DNA of 64,000 nucleotides from Azolla caroliniana. Taxonomy: Eukaryota > Plantae > Polypodiophyta. The stretch covers positions 15,748,001 to 15,812,000 of the forward strand of contig JBHGNT010000005.1 of NCBI GenBank assembly GCA_043228905.1. The letters are read 5' to 3'. Positions 60,033 through 64,000 of this stretch are shown piece by piece (the first letter of the stretch is position 1; each line of letters begins with the position of its first letter). The position numbers and the translations under genes were made by a program. The notes under the pieces were generated by a model. The model searched no databases. It saw nothing but the letters and a program-made list of their open reading frames with translations, and was not told the DNA's origin.

Positions 60033-60049
60033 TGGCACGCATGTGGGAC
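60033..60049 (+). promoter_or_regulatory. Inverted PBS-like site in the PPT position of element K
   Basis: TGGCACGCATGTGGGAC 2 nt from the LTR boundary, on the strand opposite to K's ORFs. Confidence 0.75.
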
Positions 60050-60077
60050 AGTGCTATGTCACGTGGGACCCACCCCT

Positions 60078-62807
60078 TTACTCTTCCTCCAAAATGGCCC
60101 TGATGTTTGGTTCTGCTACGGTGTCCGTGTCCGAGGACGGCATAGGGCGGCCCGTAGGCACGTCATTGTGTGGTTCCCCTGCTTGGTCGGGAGGGCTTCT
60201 CATGGTGTCGCGGTCGTCCTGTGTGGGCAATCCGGGTTCTGCGTGCTCTTCTTGGGTTATGGGGGTTGGTTCAGCTATCCGCGGGCTTGCGGTAGGTCGT
60301 GGCTCTGTTTCGTCCGTCACTTCCTCCGTGATGTCGGTCGTCGTTGTACGCTCTGGGGAGTGGGGTTGCGGTTCCTCTTGGTCCGAAACGTCCTCTGTGC
60401 GGTCGGCCGTAAGTGTATGCTCCGATGGGTGCGGTTCCTCTTGGTCGGTGGTTTCGTTGTCTGGTATTGCGGGGGACTTCGCTCGTCGTTCCGTGCTGTT
60501 CACAGTAGTGGTAATTCTGGTGACATGGCCTGAGGTTCCTCCTGTTCGGCAGTATCCGGAATTGGTGTCGCGATGGATTCCTCGTTTGTTCGTGTGTTAC
60601 CGGCTTGCGTGATCTGGGGAAACAGGTCCTCCTAACTTTCGCTAAAATCATCTAGTAGTTGCGCGAGTTCCTCGGAATGTTGGTCCGCTAGCGTGCGATA
60701 GTCTTGCGCTAGGTCCTCGCGTACTACCGCAATGCTTTCCTGATTGAGTTTGTAGAATCCTCGGTTGTCTTTCCTCCGGTTCTCCCAGTTCGCTCGATAC
60801 GTATGCAATTCCACCACTTGTGTAGCCCACGCCATCCATCCTTTGTCTAGCGTCGTTTTTAATTGCACCATAAACCTCTCCTGATTCGTTTGCAGAAGGA
60901 TACGCACGTTGTCTGTTATGGCTTGGCAACAGTTGCGTGCTTCTTCTACAGATTTCTTGAGGTTTGCAATTTCTTGCTAATTAACTGCCGCCGCTTCCTC
61001 ATACGTGCTCCTCATTCCTGCCCAAAGTTGGGATTCCTTCGCATGTAGTTCTTCCAATTTTCTCATTTCATTGTTCAGGCAGATTTCAAGTTGATGCCTC
61101 CTCTCCTGTTCTCCCACCAACTACTCGTCGAACCATGCTTTCTTCTTCTCCAATAAGGCCTGGACTCCTGTGATTTCCGCTTCCGATTTTTTCGCTTCCT
61201 CCCGTAATTAGGCATTTTCTTCTTTCATCCGGGTGTGCTGTGTTGTCTTCGCTGCGAGCTTCTCTTCAAGGGTCTTCACGGCCTTTCGTCCGTTGGCCTA
61301 AATGTCCTTTTCTCTGTCCGAGGACAAGCGAAGTTCAGCATGGAGGCGGTCAATCTCTGATTCCGCTAGTTGCACGTCTTGTTTTGCTTTTGAGGCAATG
61401 GTGGTCTGAGCTTCAATCTCTTCCCTCAAGGCTTCGATGGCGTTGGTTGTTGGTGGAGCTACCTGTTGCGCTGTAATCGCGTTATTTTCCAACTCCGTGA
61501 TGCGTTCATTGGCCTTCTGTAGCTCGGCTTGGGTCAGTTTAACCTTTTTCCAAACATTTTTATTTTTAATTGCCATACCCTTGGCGCCCATACTGACCTT
61601 TGCCAGTTCCCTATGAACTTCGACAAGGGCCGCGTTTAATGGGGGTAGTTCCATCCCCATTCAGCGTATACCGGCGTTCCTCTACCTGCAGACTCTGGCT
61701 AACTGATCTTCATTGTCACTTTCCGCCGTTTGTGTTAATGCGCGCTCGATCATTTGGTGCTCCACGTGCTACTCAACCATTCGTTGTGAGACTTTTATCT
61801 GTTGCGTTGCCAAGAATTCCATGAGTTCAAAAGAAGTTCCGAACTATAATAGTGCGCCGAACTCATGGGCCGTGTCCGGAATGTCTGGATACGCCAGGAC
61901 CTCGCTTTCCACCGTCAGTACGGCTTTCCCTCGTTGTGACTAGGCCGTAATGATCGGTCGTGGCTCCCGGATTACGTCAAAGGTGGTGTTGGGCTTCGTA
62001 GCTGTCACCCACGGTCGTTGTCTCCGTGGACGTGAGTGCGTCTTTAACTAACCCTCACCGATCTTTCCTGTCCAGTCTCCACCTTTTTGGCCTTGGGCTT
62101 TCCTGTCGTGGTTCGGCTTCCGGCTCCGGTGCCACTTCCTCGGTGCGCGCCGCCTGCTCTTCCTGCGTTGTTCGCGTGTTCGGTTAGGCAGGTTGGGGTT
62201 CATCCTCCCACTCTGTGGTGGCTAACTCCGCTAACCTTCGCTTCACGGATCAAGGCGGCAACGTGGGCTTGCTGGGCTGCGGTGCCGGCAGACCTCGGGG
62301 TGGGAACAATATCGTCAAGTACTGTTGTATGATAGGCCTGAGCTTTTTGCCTCCTTGATACGCCTGCAGGCCTTCCCTTAACGCCGGCCCCATAATGACC
62401 CCCGAATCGATCGTACGCCCTTCAAAGGTATCAATGATGATACCTGCCTTCTACTTGGGCATCCCATATGCGTTTACATGTATGCATCCGACCTCCAATA
62501 GGAACTTGGTGATTTCGCAGAAAAAGGGATCCAAGATCTCCTTCATTCTATATGCCTTGGCGGATGACGAATATGGACCGAAATATCTCTGTAGGGACTC
62601 CACAGGAGGGATTTCGAAATGCCTTTCACCCAGTGATGACAAGTCCAACTTTTTTCGGATGGATGAGTTGGTGACCATGTCCATGTTGAGCTTTCTAGCG
62701 ATGTCCAGTGCATCAGGGTGTGGAGGTGCCTCAGCGACCCTGATGTACCCATCCAAGTGTTTCTCCACGAGCCATCGACACAAAGCGGTAGAGATGAATA
62801 TCAACAT
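60078..62807 (-). pseudogene. Extra 3' ORF of element K
   Basis: Fragments 62451-62807, 61298-61660, 60632-60907 and 60078-60503 are colinear with the ORF of I; both end EPNIRAILEE. Confidence 0.82.
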
Positions 62808-64000
62808 TGTCGGAATAGGCTCGTGGCTAGTGGGTGAAGACTGTTGGTTGCGGCGTGCTTGAGCTCTATGATAGGGTGGAGAAGAGGGTGAGGAAGGGGA
62901 GTGCTGAGAGTGCTAAGAGCGCTAAGAGTTAGAAGGTTGATTTTTGTATTGTGCAAAAAACCTTCTATTTCCTTCTTTTTGTGGTCTAGGGTTCACTAGT
63001 CGGTGAGCCATCGTGGTGCCGCGTGTTCTTGGTCTAGAAGTCTATGCATGCCTTAAGTCCTTTTAATAGCGTCGTTATCTTCCTTCTTCTTCATTTTTTT
63101 ATTCTCCGGCTTTATCTTGTCTGGTGGGGAATGGGTTAGGTGGCGTAGGTCCCAGATAAGGTTTAAGGCGAAACCCATTCACTTTCTGTCGTAACACTTC
63201 CCCGGCCAGCGTGCCCAGTTGAAACGTGCCTTGTTCTGCTCCTACTATCCAGTACGGGCATGTCCAGCAGAATCGTAATTTTTCTGGCATATGTCCCATG
63301 CAGGTTTGGAAAACCAATACTGCTCTTCCAACCGTAAAATCTTTTTCACACGCATGCCGGTGTCGGTCAACGAATGCTTTGCGCCACCGCTATTCCTTCT
63401 CTAATATGGCCATACTACGTACCCTTGTTTCTCCTAGCTCTAGTAGTCTCTATAGCCGTATTTGTGCGGATTTTCCCTCTGGTAGTCGGGCTCATATTTG
63501 GATCCGTAGAGTGGGTACCTGGAATTCAACTGGCATCACGCCCTCCAGACCAAATGTCAGCCTAAACGGTGTTGATTTGATGCTGCTCTTATAGTTGGTA
63601 CGGTATGCCCAAAACGCGCTATGCAACTTGGTGTCCCAATCCGTCCTGTTCTCATTGACTATCTTTTTGAGGATAGTTTGGAGGGTTTTGTTCGTGGATT
63701 CTGCCAAGCCATTTGCCTGCGGGTAATACGACGTACTTTTCTTGTGCACCACACGTAATGTTGGGTTAGTTCGTTGATGACCGTATTCAAAAAGTGACTC
63801 CCTTGGTCACTAATGAGCTCGATAGGGCAACCGAAACGACACCAGATGTGTTCGTACAGGAATTTCGCCATGACTGTCGTAGTATTCTCGCATAGTGGTT
63901 TCGCTTCTACCCACTTGGTGCAGTAATCCGTAGCCACCAGGATGTACTTATTGCTTGTTCGAGCGGCCGTCGGGGTAAAGGGTCCCACAAAATCTAACCC

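Larger units (their letters stand above)
59685..64000 (-). mobile_element. Ty3/gypsy element K (close relative of I), 3' part
   Basis: 3' LTR 59685-60030 is a reverse-complement relative of the I LTR; extra ORF 60078-62807; integrase fragments 63099-63988. Confidence 0.92.

Overview
The whole window is a cluster of nested LTR retrotransposons with no host gene, rRNA or CRISPR array. It is most likely plant heterochromatin, and a Tcn1-like chromovirus plus (CT)n-rich LTRs suggest a non-seed plant such as a fern (inference). It contains five or six Ty1/copia elements or remnants (1-22.8 kb), an intact young chromovirus (4805-10481) with a self-priming PBS and a -1 frameshift signal, and three Athila/Tat-superclade gypsy elements with a large extra 3' ORF (F 22797-59684, I 45706-55563, K 59685->64000). 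There are also two tRNA-Trp-primed gypsy elements (G 27795-35327, intact; H 35506-56664, decayed, with a 5x499-bp integrase array) and several solo LTRs. Most boundaries are confirmed by target-site duplications (TSDs). Three observations stand out. (1) Elements I and K have no polypurine tract (PPT) next to the 3' LTR; a copy of a tRNA 3' end (an inverted second primer-binding site) sits there instead, suggesting tRNA priming of both DNA strands. (2) All four insertions of G/H type have 4-bp TSDs centred on CG. (3) LTRs of two unrelated gypsy lineages carry tRNA-like A/B-box cassettes.
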